From positions 1,664,001-1,728,000 of the forward strand of contig CAVOFT010000001.1 of NCBI GenBank assembly GCA_963695095.1: a stretch of 64,000 nt of DNA. The letters run 5' to 3'. This stretch comes from an uncultured bacterium. Lineage in GTDB: Bacteria; Krumholzibacteriota; Krumholzibacteriia; JACNKJ01. A program made the position numbers and the translations under genes. The notes below the pieces were generated by a model that had not been told where the DNA came from, ran no database searches, and worked only from the letters and a program-made list of their open reading frames with translations. This document shows, one piece after another, positions 43,671-54,317 of this stretch (within the stretch, counting starts at the first letter, position 1; each line of letters begins with the position of its first letter).

Positions 43671-44419
43671 GCGGCAAAGAGCGGCCCCTGCAGCGGATTC
43701 TCCATCTCGCCCGCATCGGGGGCGCCATGCTGGCCATCACCGTGCTCGGCATCTGGGTGGCAAATCACTGGCTGCTGCCGCAGCAGGTGGGTGTGGACGA
43801 CGCCTTCCCGATGCCCGCCCTCGAAGGCAGCCCCAAGAACGAGGTCTACAGCCTCTGCGCCCGGCGCAGCCTGGTGCTCAGCGAGCGCCCGCCCGAGTTC
43901 GACGCCTCGCTGCCCGCGGGCTACCTGCTGCGCCAGCTTCCGCGCGCCGGCACCCAGGTCAAGGCCGGCCGCCGCGTGACGGCGGTATTCTCGGCGGGGC
44001 CGCGCATGGTCGCGGTGCCCGATCTCGGTGGGCAGAGCGAGCGGCAAGCCCGCCTCAGTCTCGAGGATCTGGGCCTCCTGCCGGGCGATCGCCTGCGTTG
44101 CCCGGACGAGCGGCCGGCCGGGGAGGTCCTCAGCAGCCGACCGGGCCCGGCGGTGCGCGTCACCCTTGGCGCCCGCGTGGATCTGCTGCTCAGCGACGGC
44201 GACGGCGGCGGCAGCTATCTGATGCCGGACCTCACCCGCAAGTCCCTGGATGGGGCGCTGGCGCTCCTGGCCGGCAGCGGTCTGGGCAAGCCGCAGATCC
44301 GCTACCGCAGCGCCCGGGGCAAGGCCGCAGGCAGCATCCTGGCCCAGAGCCCCGCGGCGGGATCCCGCCTGCAGAAGGGAGAGCAGCTTGAGCTGGTGGT
44401 CGCATCTCGATCGGACTAG
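43667..44419 (+). CDS. Membrane-anchored triple PASTA-domain protein
   Basis: One TM helix, then three PASTA-like repeats (MPALEG, VPDLGG, MPDLTR). Confidence 0.85.
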   Translation: MSGKERPLQRILHLARIGGAMLAITVLGIWVANHWLLPQQVGVDDAFPMPALEGSPKNEVYSLCARRSLVLSERPPEFDASLPAGYLLRQLPRAGTQVKAGRRVTAVFSAGPRMVAVPDLGGQSERQARLSLEDLGLLPGDRLRCPDERPAGEVLSSRPGPAVRVTLGARVDLLLSDGDGGGSYLMPDLTRKSLDGALALLAGSGLGKPQIRYRSARGKAAGSILAQSPAAGSRLQKGEQLELVVASRSD

Positions 44420-45083
44420 GGTGGGCATCGCGCCCTCGCTGCTGGGCGGCGATCTCGCGCGGCTCGCCGCCGAGGTGGCCGATGTCGAGGCCGCCGGCGC
44501 GGAGGTCCTGCACCTGGACGTCATGGATGGCCACTTCGTGCCCAACCTCACCTTCGGCCCCGAAGTCTGTGCTGCCATTGCGAAAGCGGCGAGTCGCCCT
44601 CTGGACTGCCACCTGATGATCGAGCAGCCCTTGGCGAGCCTGGCGGCCTATGCGCAGGCGGGCTGCACAGGACTCACGATCCACCTCGAGGCAGTCGCCG
44701 ATCCCGCCGCCGCCCTGGCCGCCCTGCGCGCGGCCGGGGTCCTCGCGGGGCTTTCCCTGCGACCGGCGACGCCCCTGCCGCCGGCCGGCCCCCTCTGGGC
44801 GGGCCTCGACCTGCTCCTCGTGATGAGCGTGGAGCCCGGCTATTGCGGCCAGGCCTTCCAGCCGGCGGCGCTCGAGAAGGTGCGCCAGGCGGCCGCGCTG
44901 CGCCGGGAGGCGGGCCTGGATTTCGTCATCGAGGTGGACGGCGGCATCGGTCCCGGCCAGGCCGGGGCCCTGCGCAGCGCCGGCGCCGACCTGCTCGTCG
45001 CTGCCAGCGCCGTCATGGGGCGCCCCGATCGCCGGGCCGCCATTGCCGCCCTGCGCGAGGCGGCGGCGGGCGGCCCAAAATAG
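44388..45083 (+). CDS. rpe: Ribulose-phosphate 3-epimerase (start approximate)
   Basis: IAPSLL, HLDVMDGHFVPNLTFG, MSVEPG, IEVDGGI. Confidence 0.94.
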   Translation: MSWWSHLDRTRVGIAPSLLGGDLARLAAEVADVEAAGAEVLHLDVMDGHFVPNLTFGPEVCAAIAKAASRPLDCHLMIEQPLASLAAYAQAGCTGLTIHLEAVADPAAALAALRAAGVLAGLSLRPATPLPPAGPLWAGLDLLLVMSVEPGYCGQAFQPAALEKVRQAAALRREAGLDFVIEVDGGIGPGQAGALRSAGADLLVAASAVMGRPDRRAAIAALREAAAGGPK

Positions 45084-45116
45084 GCGAGTCGGGCCCGTTT
45101 TGCCCGGTCAGAGGGC

Positions 45117-45145
45117 TTGTCAGCCTCACTAAGCTCTGCTATATT
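45117..45145 (+). promoter_or_regulatory. sigma70-type promoter of the ffh-rpsP operon
   Basis: TTGTCA-17 bp-TATATT with extended -10 TG. Confidence 0.6.
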
Positions 45146-45198
45146 GCCGACTTCGTGCGCCTCGGCCAGGCCTGGCCCAGGCTCTTCCGGAGGCAGCG

Positions 45199-46540
<1,342 letters not shown>

Positions 46541-46574
46541 AAGCAGCATCGGAACAGAAACGGAGGTTTCTCTT

Positions 46575-47015
46575 TTGGCAACGACGATTCGCATGACCCG
46601 CATGGGCTCGATGAAGCGCCCCTTCTACCGCCTGGTGGTGATGGATTCCCGCGATCGGCGGGACGGTCGCTACATCGAGAACCTGGGCACCTATGATCCC
46701 ATGCCGCCTGTGGCGCAGATCCAGCTCAACGAAGAGCGGATCCTCCACTGGCTGGCCCTGGGCGCGCAGCCCTCGGGCACGGCGGCAAGTCTGATGCGCC
46801 GCCAGGGCATTCTCGAGAAGCATCGGCTCCTGGCCAGCGGCGTCAGCGCCGAGGAACTGCCGGCGAAGCTGATCGAGTGGAAGGCCAAACAGCCGGCCAA
46901 GCGCGTCGACGCGCCGAGCCGGGCCGAGAAGCGCGCCCAGAAGAAGAGCGCGAGCAAGGCGGCGGCGAACGCGAGCAAGGCGGCGGACAGCGCCGGCGAC
47001 GGCGCGGAGGCCTAG
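46575..47015 (+). CDS. rpsP: 30S ribosomal protein S16 with C-terminal extension
   Basis: IRMTRMG..KRPFYRLVV.DSR.RRDGRYIE.LGTYDP; TTG start after GGAGG. Confidence 0.95.
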   Translation: MATTIRMTRMGSMKRPFYRLVVMDSRDRRDGRYIENLGTYDPMPPVAQIQLNEERILHWLALGAQPSGTAASLMRRQGILEKHRLLASGVSAEELPAKLIEWKAKQPAKRVDAPSRAEKRAQKKSASKAAANASKAADSAGDGAEA

Positions 47016-47018
47016 CGC

Positions 47019-47264
47019 ATGCCCAATGTGGAGAAGCTCCTGCGCTACGTGGCGGACTCGCTAGCCGAGGCCCCCGAGCAGGTGCGCATCGAAAAGGAGG
47101 CGCAGGGCGAGGAGGACATCTACACCCTCATGCTCGCGCCGGATGACCTGGGCCGCCTCATCGGCCGCCATGGCAAGACGGCCGAGGCGCTGCGCACGCT
47201 GCTCACGGCCGCAGGGCGGCGGGAGGACCGGAAGGTGAGCCTCCGCATCCGTGAACCGGAGTGA
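47019..47264 (+). CDS. khpA: KH-domain RNA-binding protein
   Basis: DDLGRLIGRHGKTAEALRTLL; lies between rpsP and rimM. Confidence 0.9.
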   Translation: MPNVEKLLRYVADSLAEAPEQVRIEKEAQGEEDIYTLMLAPDDLGRLIGRHGKTAEALRTLLTAAGRREDRKVSLRIREPE

Positions 47265-47769
47265 GCCGGCGCGCATCGAGTTGGGGCGCCTGCTGCGTCC
47301 CGTGGGCATTCGCGGCGAGGTGAAGCTGCTGCCCTCGCCGGACTTCTGGGCGGCGGCCCTGGATTCGGAGCGCCTGCACCTGGTGAGCGCGGCGGGCGAG
47401 CGGCCGGTGCGGGTGACGGCCAGCCGGCCGGTGGGGGAGTGCTTGGTCCTCAAGCTCGCGGAGCTGGAGGACCGCAACGGCGCCGAGGCCCTGCGCGACG
47501 CCGAGCTCTGGCTGCTGGGCGAGCCGGATGTCGAGCTGCCGGAGCAGCCGCGGACCTGGCAGCTGGCGGGAATGCGGGTGCTGCTCGCCGCCGGGGGCGA
47601 GCTGGGCGAGGTGCTGCACTTGGCGCCGATGCCAGGACAGGCGCTGCTGCAGGTGAAGGGCGCGACGAAGGTCTACGAGATCCCCTTCGTCGCGCCCATC
47701 CTCTGCGGCATCGACTGGGAGGCGGGGACGATCACGATCGATCCGCCGGACGGCCTCCTGGAACTGTGA
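47251..47769 (+). CDS. rimM: Ribosome maturation factor RimM
   Basis: GIRGEVK, DRNGAEAL, IPFV, PPDGLLEL. Confidence 0.9.
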   Translation: MNRSEPARIELGRLLRPVGIRGEVKLLPSPDFWAAALDSERLHLVSAAGERPVRVTASRPVGECLVLKLAELEDRNGAEALRDAELWLLGEPDVELPEQPRTWQLAGMRVLLAAGGELGEVLHLAPMPGQALLQVKGATKVYEIPFVAPILCGIDWEAGTITIDPPDGLLEL

Positions 47770-47778
47770 GGGAGGGGC

Positions 47779-48498
47779 GTGATCATCAACGTGGTCACCC
47801 TCTTTCCCGACTTCCTGCGCGAAGCGCTCAGGGTCGGGATCCTCGAACGGGCCGAGACGCGGGGAGTCGTGCAGTACCGCTTCGCCAGCCCGCGGGACTT
47901 CGCCGGGGACCGGCATGGCACCGTGGATGATTACCCCTACGGGGGCGGCGCGGGGATGATCATGATGGCGCCGCCGCTGGTGGAAGCGGTGGAGTCGCTG
48001 ACGCGGCAAAGCGACCACCCGGGGCACCCGGTGATCCTGCTCTCGCCGCGGGGAAGGCGCTTCGATCAGGCGACAGCCCGCCGTCTGAGCCAGGAGCGCG
48101 AGTTCACCCTGATCTGTGGGCGCTACAAGGGCGTCGACGAGCGGGTGAGGGACTTGGTGGTCAGCGAGGAGATCTCCCTGGGGGACTTCGTGCTGACCGG
48201 GGGGGAGCCGGCGGCCATCTGCGTCATCGACGCGACGGTGCGGCTCCTGCCCGACGTGATGAGCGACCTGGAGTCGGCCGAGGCCGATTCCTTCGGAGCG
48301 GACAAGGGAGGCCTGCTCGACTGGCCTCACTACACGCGGCCGGAACGCTATCGCGATGTGGAGGTGCCCGCGCTGCTGCGCGGCGGCAACCATGCGAAGA
48401 TCGAAAGTTGGCGCCGGGAGGAATCCCAGCGCTTGACCCGGAAGCACCGCCCTGATCTCCTCGCTCAGCGAGGCGACGAGGAGCGCGAGGCGGACTAG
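47779..48498 (+). CDS. trmD: tRNA m1G37 methyltransferase
   Basis: VDDYPYGGGAGM, CGRYKGVDER, SLGDFVLTGGE, PHYTRP. Confidence 0.96.
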   Translation: MIINVVTLFPDFLREALRVGILERAETRGVVQYRFASPRDFAGDRHGTVDDYPYGGGAGMIMMAPPLVEAVESLTRQSDHPGHPVILLSPRGRRFDQATARRLSQEREFTLICGRYKGVDERVRDLVVSEEISLGDFVLTGGEPAAICVIDATVRLLPDVMSDLESAEADSFGADKGGLLDWPHYTRPERYRDVEVPALLRGGNHAKIESWRREESQRLTRKHRPDLLAQRGDEEREAD

Positions 48499-48546
48499 TC
48501 AGGCTCGGCCGGCGAGCGCCGGTGCGGGGCGGCACAGGAGAGGGCC

Positions 48547-48921
48547 ATGAATATCGTCGACGCGATCAGGAACCAGCAGGTGAAGGATGGCATCCCCGAG
48601 TTCAACGTGGGCGACACGGTGAAATTCCGGGTCAAGGTGATCGAGGGCAACAAGGAGCGCTACCAGCCCTTCCAGGGCACGGTGATCCAGCGCCGGGGCA
48701 GCGGCATCGAGGCCACCTTCACAGTGCGCAAGGTCTCCGGCAACATCGGCGTGGAGCGCATCTTCCCGCTGCACAGCCCCCACATCAGCGATATCGAAGT
48801 GCTGCGGCGGGGCAAGGTGCGGCGCGCGAAGCTCTACTATCTGCGTGGCCTCAGCGGCAAGAAGGCCCGCATCAGCAGCCGGCGCGAGGCCCTGCCGCAG
48901 GAGCCGGAGAAGAAGGGCTAG
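48547..48921 (+). CDS. rplS: 50S ribosomal protein L19
   Basis: [33 protein letters not shown]. Confidence 0.97.
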   Translation: MNIVDAIRNQQVKDGIPEFNVGDTVKFRVKVIEGNKERYQPFQGTVIQRRGSGIEATFTVRKVSGNIGVERIFPLHSPHISDIEVLRRGKVRRAKLYYLRGLSGKKARISSRREALPQEPEKKG

Positions 48922-48930
48922 CGGAGCTCC

Positions 48931-49806
48931 ATGTCCAGCGGCGCGAGCAAGGGCCGGGTCCCCAGCGGGGCGCCGGCCCTTGGCGCCTGCGATTCCCTTG
49001 CCACGCCGGCGGCCTTCGCGGCCGCTCCCCTGTCCGTCCAGGCCGCGGCGCTGGCCGCTCTCGCCCCCGCGGAGCGCGCGCCTTGGCTTGCCCTTCTCGA
49101 TAGCGATCCCCGTCAAGGCGCGCGTGACTTGGCATCCCGCTTGCGCCGGGCCGCGGCGCGTGAGGCCCTCCGCGAGGCGCGCTGGCGCGAGCTGGCGGCA
49201 TTCGACGCCGCGGCCGCCGCCGGCCTCTTGCTCGCGGGCGTCGACGAGGTCGGCCGCGGGCCCCTGGCGGGCCCCGTGACGGCGGCGGCGCTCATCCTGC
49301 CGTCCGGCTATCGGGCCCTGGGCCTGGACGACTCCAAGCGGATGCCCCCGGGCGCCCGCGCGGAGTGGGCTGCGCGCTTGCGCGCGGATGCCCTGGCCTG
49401 GTCCGTGGCGGACCTGCCGAGCGCCGCCGTCGATGCACTGGGCATCCGACAGGCGGTCTTCGCAGTGATGGCCGCGGCTCTGCGCGGGCTCTCCCCTCGC
49501 GCCCAGCGCGTGCTCATCGACGGCCGGGAGCTGCCGCCCGGCGCGCGCATCAGCCGGGCCGTGGTGGACGGCGATGCGAAGAGCCTGGCCATCGCCGGCG
49601 CCTCGGTGATCGCCAAGGTGCACCGCGACGCGCTGATGACGGTCGCCGATCGTGACTATCCCGGCTATGGCTTCGCAGCCCACAAGGGCTATGGCAGCCC
49701 GGACCACGTGGATGCCCTCCTCAAGCTGGGGCCCTGCCCCCTGCACCGACGGAGTTTCTGTGCGCGCTGGCTCACCGGATCGGCGAGAGCTGGGCAAGCT
49801 GGGTGA
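48931..49806 (+). CDS. rnhB: Ribonuclease HII with N-terminal extension
   Basis: GVDEVGRGPLAGPV, DDSKR, ASVIAKVHRD, HKGY, HRRSF. Confidence 0.94.
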   Translation: MSSGASKGRVPSGAPALGACDSLATPAAFAAAPLSVQAAALAALAPAERAPWLALLDSDPRQGARDLASRLRRAAAREALREARWRELAAFDAAAAAGLLLAGVDEVGRGPLAGPVTAAALILPSGYRALGLDDSKRMPPGARAEWAARLRADALAWSVADLPSAAVDALGIRQAVFAVMAAALRGLSPRAQRVLIDGRELPPGARISRAVVDGDAKSLAIAGASVIAKVHRDALMTVADRDYPGYGFAAHKGYGSPDHVDALLKLGPCPLHRRSFCARWLTGSARAGQAG

Positions 49807-50125
49807 GGAGATCGCCGAGCGCTACCTCTGCCTGCGGGGCCTGGCTGTCCTCGAGCGCAATCTGCGCGTGGCCCAGAAAGAGATTGACCTGCTCGTGCGC
49901 GATGGCGACTGTCTCGTCTTCGTGGAGGTCCGCCTGCGCCGCAGCGACCGCTACGGGCGCGCCCTGGACAGCGTCGACCCCCGCAAGCAGGCTCGACTGC
50001 GCGCCGCCCTGCGCGAGGAGATCCGCCGCCGCGCCTGGCGCGGAAGCTACCGGCTCGACCTCGTCACCCTCGACCTGGACGGCGCCCGGGATCGCCTGCT
50101 GCTGGAGCACTACCGCGGCCTCTGA
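49760..50125 (+). CDS. yraN: YraN-family (UPF0102) nuclease (start approximate)
   Basis: GKLGEEIA..YL, ERNLR..EIDL, LVFVEVR, RLDLV. Confidence 0.88.
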   Translation: MRAGSPDRRELGKLGEEIAERYLCLRGLAVLERNLRVAQKEIDLLVRDGDCLVFVEVRLRRSDRYGRALDSVDPRKQARLRAALREEIRRRAWRGSYRLDLVTLDLDGARDRLLLEHYRGL

Positions 50126-50149
50126 GTCCGCAGCTTGCGCAGGTGTTGC

Positions 50150-51166
50150 ATGGAGCCGCTTCTCGCCAGCCTGATCGCCGCCCTCGTCAGCCTCCTGCTC
50201 GGTCGGCTGGCCATCGGCGCCGCCGGTCGGCTGGGATTCCTCGATGCGCCGGGCGAGCGCAAGCTGCAGGCGCGGCCCATCCCGGTGCTCGGGGGGCCGA
50301 CCCTCCTGCTCGGGCTGGCGGCGGGGCTCCTGCCCTGGCTGCCCGCGGGCGAGCGCTCGCTGATCCTCCGCTGGCTGGCGGCCGGGGCCTGGCTCGTCCT
50401 CGTCGGCATGCTGGATGACCGCCGGGGCCTGGCTCCCTTGCCGCGTCTGGCCGCGCAGCTGGCGGCGGCACTGCTCTTCGCGCCGGAACTGAACTGCTGC
50501 CTCGGACCGGCCGGCACCTGGGGCTGGCTGGCGCTGCCCTTGGGCCTCTTGTGGCTGGTGGCCCTGATCAACGCCTTGAACTTCCTGGACAACATGGACG
50601 GCGCCGCCGGGAGCACGAGCCTGTGGACGGCGCTGGCGCTCGCGCTCGCCCTGGGCCGCGCGGGGGCAGGCGGGCTCGCCGCCGCGCTCTGGCCCCTGGC
50701 CGGCGCGCTCGTCGGCTTCCTCTGGTGGAATCGGCCGCCGGCGCGCCTGTACATGGGCGACGCGGGCGCCACCTTCCTCGGCCTCACCCTCGGCCTCTTC
50801 GCCCTGCTTGCCAGTGCGCGCGCCTCCGGCGCGCCCTGGCTCGCGCCGCTGTTCCTGGCCTTGCCGCTCTATGACACCGGCAGCGTGCTGTGGATCCGCT
50901 GGCGCGAGGGGCGCCGGCTCTGGGTGGGCGATCGCCGGCACGTGACGCATCGCTTGCTCGCGCGCGGGGCAAGCGTTCCCCGGGCGCTGCTGACGATCAA
51001 TGCCTGGACGCTGGCCGCGGCTGCGCTCGCCCTCCTCTGGGGCGCGCGACCGGGCAGCCCGCTGCCGCTGGCGATGGCAGTGCTGGTGGCCCTGGGCATG
51101 TTCGGATGGGAGCGGAGCTGGGAGCGCAAGCACGGGGCGGCGAGGCCGCCGTCCACGGGGGACTAG
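50150..51166 (+). CDS. Undecaprenyl-phosphate GlcNAc-1-P transferase (WecA/TagO, glycosyltransferase family 4)
   Basis: GMLDD, NALNFLDNMDG, FLWWNRPPARLYMGDAG, DRRHVTHRL. Confidence 0.88.
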   Translation: MEPLLASLIAALVSLLLGRLAIGAAGRLGFLDAPGERKLQARPIPVLGGPTLLLGLAAGLLPWLPAGERSLILRWLAAGAWLVLVGMLDDRRGLAPLPRLAAQLAAALLFAPELNCCLGPAGTWGWLALPLGLLWLVALINALNFLDNMDGAAGSTSLWTALALALALGRAGAGGLAAALWPLAGALVGFLWWNRPPARLYMGDAGATFLGLTLGLFALLASARASGAPWLAPLFLALPLYDTGSVLWIRWREGRRLWVGDRRHVTHRLLARGASVPRALLTINAWTLAAAALALLWGARPGSPLPLAMAVLVALGMFGWERSWERKHGAARPPSTGD

Positions 51167-51369
51167 TAGAGATCTTCCTCGTCGCCGATCTCGTCCTCGA
51201 TGAGCTCTTCGAAATCGTCCTCGATCTCTTCGACGTCCTCCGACTCTTCCCAGGTCTCGTCCTCGTCGACTTCGAGGCGGCCTTCGCCAAGGCAGAAGGG
51301 GCACTCGTCATCCTCGAGGATCCCCGAACCGCCGCACTCGTCGCAGGTCACCGGCTTCTTGTTGCTCAT
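51163..51369 (-). CDS. Small acidic protein with a DnaJ-type zinc finger
   Basis: CDECGGSG and CPFCLGEG, then an Asp/Glu tail; upstream TTGACA-16-TAACAT (51469-51442). Confidence 0.75.
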   Translation of the reverse strand: MSNKKPVTCDECGGSGILEDDECPFCLGEGRLEVDEDETWEESEDVEEIEDDFEELIEDEIGDEEDLY

Positions 51370-51618
51370 CGTCTCTGAACCCTGGCTCAGGTCCGCGGGA
51401 CCCCGTTCGGCGGGGGCGCATCCGGCTTGGAGCGTGTCAGGATGTTAGCCAGGGTCTTCGGGCTGTCAAGGGAAGAAAGCGGCAACGGCGTGAACACGAA
51501 TCCGCGCGACTGTCGCGGCCCCGGACGGCTGCTGGCACCCCCGGCTGGGGCGGGCGCCGTCCGCGGCCCGGCCCCGACCTTGCTCTTGCCTCCTGCCCGA
51601 GAGCGGGCGGGGAGGTCC

Positions 51619-53094
51619 ATGCACAGCAGCTGGCAGGGCGCGAGCCTGCGGGGGGTGGAGGGCCTCGCCGTGCGCGTGGAGGTGCAGCTCGCGCGCGGCC
51701 TGCCGGCGCTCAGCCTGGTCGGCCTGGCCGGGGCCGCCACCCGCGAGAGCCGCGAGCGGGTCTACGGCGCCCTGCGCGAGAGCGGCTTCGAGCTGCCGGC
51801 CGGGCGCGTCACGGTCAATCTCGCTCCCGCCGAGGAGCCCAAGGAGGGCAGCGCCTTCGATCTGCCGATGGCCCTCGGCCTCCTGGAGGTGAGCGGGCAG
51901 CTGCGCCCGCGCCAGGGTCGCGATTGGTGGTTCCTCGGCGAGCTGGGTCTGGACGGCCGCCTCCTGCCCCTGCGGGGCGCCCTGCCGCTGGGCCTGGCGG
52001 CCCTCGCCGCGGGGGCGGCCGGGCTGGTGCTGCCGGCCGGCAACCTCGCCGAGGCCTGCTATCTGGAGGGCCTGCCCCTGCTGCCGCTGGCCAGCCTGCG
52101 CGAGGCCGTGGACTGGCTGGAGGGTCGCGGCGAGGCTCTGCCGCAGCGCGCGCAGCCGCCGGCGGCCGGTCCGGTGGCGGCGGGCGCCCTGCTGCTGCCC
52201 GGCGGGCCGCGTCTGACGCGGGCGATGGCCGCGGCGGCGGCCGGCGGCCACAATCTCCTGCTGCTCGGCGCGCCGGGCAATGGCAAGTCCACCCTGGCGC
52301 GCGGGCTGGCCGAGCTGCTGCCGCCCCTGGACCGCGCCGAGCGGCGTGAGGTGATGGCCCTGCGTTCGGCGGCCGGCCTCAGGGTGGACGCCTCGCGGCG
52401 CCCGCCGCTGCGGGCGCCCCATCACAGCCTCAGCCTGGCGGGTCTGCTGGGCCGCCAGGGTCCGGGCGCGCGGCCGGGAGAACTGAGCCTGGCCCACCGC
52501 GGCCTGCTCTTCATGGATGAACTGCCGGAGTATCACCGCGACGTGCTCGAGGCCCTGCGCGAACCGATGGAGGAAGGCAGCCTCGTCGTCAGCCGCGGCG
52601 CGGGCAGCCTGCGCTGGCCGGCGCGCTTCCAGCTCGCGGCGGCGATGAACCCCTGCCCCTGCGGCCAGAGCCTGCGCGGGCGCGAGCACTGCCGCTGCAC
52701 GCCGGGACAGGTGCAGCGCTACCGCTCGCGTCTGTCGGGCCCCTTGCTCGATCGCATCGATCTCATACTCGAGCTGCCCGCCTGGCGGCCGGGCGCCGCC
52801 ACGGATCTGCTGGGTCCGACCGCCGTCGCGGGCCTGCGCCGGCAAATCCTGCGCGCGCGGCGGCGCTTGCGTGCAGGGAGCGTGGAGCCGCTCGCCGCCG
52901 CCGAGCGCGACTGGCTGGATCAGCGGCTCAGCGAGGCCGGCGCCAGCTTCCGCCAGCGGCTGAAGCTCGCCGCGCTGGCCGGCACGCTGGCCGCCCTCGA
53001 CGGCCGCCCGCGGCCTGGCCGCAGCGAGCTGGTGGAGGCGCTGGATCTGGGCCTGCGCTGGCGCCTGGCCCTGCGCGCAGTTGCTGGATCATGA
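51619..53094 (+). CDS. comM: YifB/ComM Mg-chelatase-like AAA+ ATPase
   Basis: [61 protein letters not shown]. Confidence 0.92.
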   Translation: MHSSWQGASLRGVEGLAVRVEVQLARGLPALSLVGLAGAATRESRERVYGALRESGFELPAGRVTVNLAPAEEPKEGSAFDLPMALGLLEVSGQLRPRQGRDWWFLGELGLDGRLLPLRGALPLGLAALAAGAAGLVLPAGNLAEACYLEGLPLLPLASLREAVDWLEGRGEALPQRAQPPAAGPVAAGALLLPGGPRLTRAMAAAAAGGHNLLLLGAPGNGKSTLARGLAELLPPLDRAERREVMALRSAAGLRVDASRRPPLRAPHHSLSLAGLLGRQGPGARPGELSLAHRGLLFMDELPEYHRDVLEALREPMEEGSLVVSRGAGSLRWPARFQLAAAMNPCPCGQSLRGREHCRCTPGQVQRYRSRLSGPLLDRIDLILELPAWRPGAATDLLGPTAVAGLRRQILRARRRLRAGSVEPLAAAERDWLDQRLSEAGASFRQRLKLAALAGTLAALDGRPRPGRSELVEALDLGLRWRLALRAVAGS

Positions 53095-53161
53095 GTATCA
53101 CCATAATGCAACTATCATGCGCATCCCTTTACATGTAGGGCACTTGCAGATCGATCCGCGC

Positions 53162-53190
53162 TTGGCAATCGGGGGCGGGGGTGCTATTCT
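53162..53190 (+). promoter_or_regulatory. Putative sigma70 promoter of the thiol-protein operon
   Basis: TTGGCA-17 bp-TATTCT with extended -10 TG. Confidence 0.5.
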
Positions 53191-53277
53191 ATCCACTATC
53201 CCTGGCGAGCGGGGCCGCGATCGTCCTGCTTGCCCTGGCGGCCCATGGCCGTGCCGCGCTGTACGGAAAGGGAATCG

Positions 53278-54315
53278 ATGCGCCTCTTCAGCTGGCTTCC
53301 GCTCTTCTTCCTGCTGCAGTACAGCGTCTGCGGGCAGCAGGATCCGATCGAGCCGGCGGGGACCACCGAGCCCGGTCTGCTCACGGTGCTCGCCGAGGAG
53401 CTCGGCGGCCAGCCCATCGAGGGCGTGGCGATCACGCTGGCCGGACTTCTCCAGACGGAAACCGCGCCGGCCACCTTCGAACTCAGCCCCGGCGTCCTCA
53501 TCGCCGTCAGCGTCGCCCGCGAGGGTTACGAGTTCAGCCCGGCGGATACGAGCATCACCCTGAGCGAGGGGCGGGCCGACACCCTGCGCTTTCGCGGCGC
53601 CGCCGCGGCACAGCGCATCGTGCTCGTGGAGGATTTCTCGAACACGGGCTGCGTGCCCTGTCCTGCCGCGGATGAAGCGATGTGGGCCGCGGTGGCGGCG
53701 GCCACGGGGCCGGCCTATCCCCTTGCCTGGCATCCGAACTTCCCCGCGCCGCAGGATCCCTTCTTCCTCTACAACCCCGTGCTCGGCCACTACGGCAACA
53801 CCGGCTCGCGGAACAGCTTCTACAGCATCTCCCAGCTTCCCCATATCCGCGTGGATGGGGTGCCGGTGAGCGTGCCGTCCAGCGAAAGCGCGATCGCGAC
53901 GCTGATCGCCGAGAAGCTGGCGCTGGCCGCGAGCCTGGAGCTCTCGGTGACGCGCAGCGAGCAGGGGGGGCAGGTCACGGTGAGCGCCCAGGGCCGCGTG
54001 CTGCGGGCTCCCGCCGGCGGCAGCTGGCGGATTTACCTGGTCTTGGTCGAAACCTTGGTCCACTTCGATGCACCCAATGGGCAGACCGAGTTTCGCAACA
54101 CCGTTCGCCATGTCAATGGCGAGGCCGGCGGCTTCGGCAGTCCGCTCGGGGAGCCGGTATCACTCGCGCCGGGCGCCGAGTTCGGGGCCCAGGCCACCTT
54201 CGCGCCGAACTTCGGCGCGGTGGCGGCCGAGAACCTGCGCGCCGTCGTCTTCGTCCAGGATTCGGATTCCAAGCTCATCCTCGATGCCGCAATAGAAGCA
54301 CCCGGAGGTCCTTGA
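53278..54315 (+). CDS. Exported Omp28-like thioredoxin-fold protein (possible lipoprotein)
   Basis: Signal/lipobox-like N-terminus, RIVLVEDFSNTGCVPCP, WHPNFP..DPF, RNSFY....LP..RVDG, C-terminal VVFVQD. Confidence 0.75.
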   Translation: MRLFSWLPLFFLLQYSVCGQQDPIEPAGTTEPGLLTVLAEELGGQPIEGVAITLAGLLQTETAPATFELSPGVLIAVSVAREGYEFSPADTSITLSEGRADTLRFRGAAAAQRIVLVEDFSNTGCVPCPAADEAMWAAVAAATGPAYPLAWHPNFPAPQDPFFLYNPVLGHYGNTGSRNSFYSISQLPHIRVDGVPVSVPSSESAIATLIAEKLALAASLELSVTRSEQGGQVTVSAQGRVLRAPAGGSWRIYLVLVETLVHFDAPNGQTEFRNTVRHVNGEAGGFGSPLGEPVSLAPGAEFGAQATFAPNFGAVAAENLRAVVFVQDSDSKLILDAAIEAPGGP

Positions 54316-54317
54316 TC

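Noticed and set aside
48499..48546. GC hairpin before rplS as a possible L19 leader
   Set aside because: A short GC stem is expected by chance at this composition; no family features recognisable
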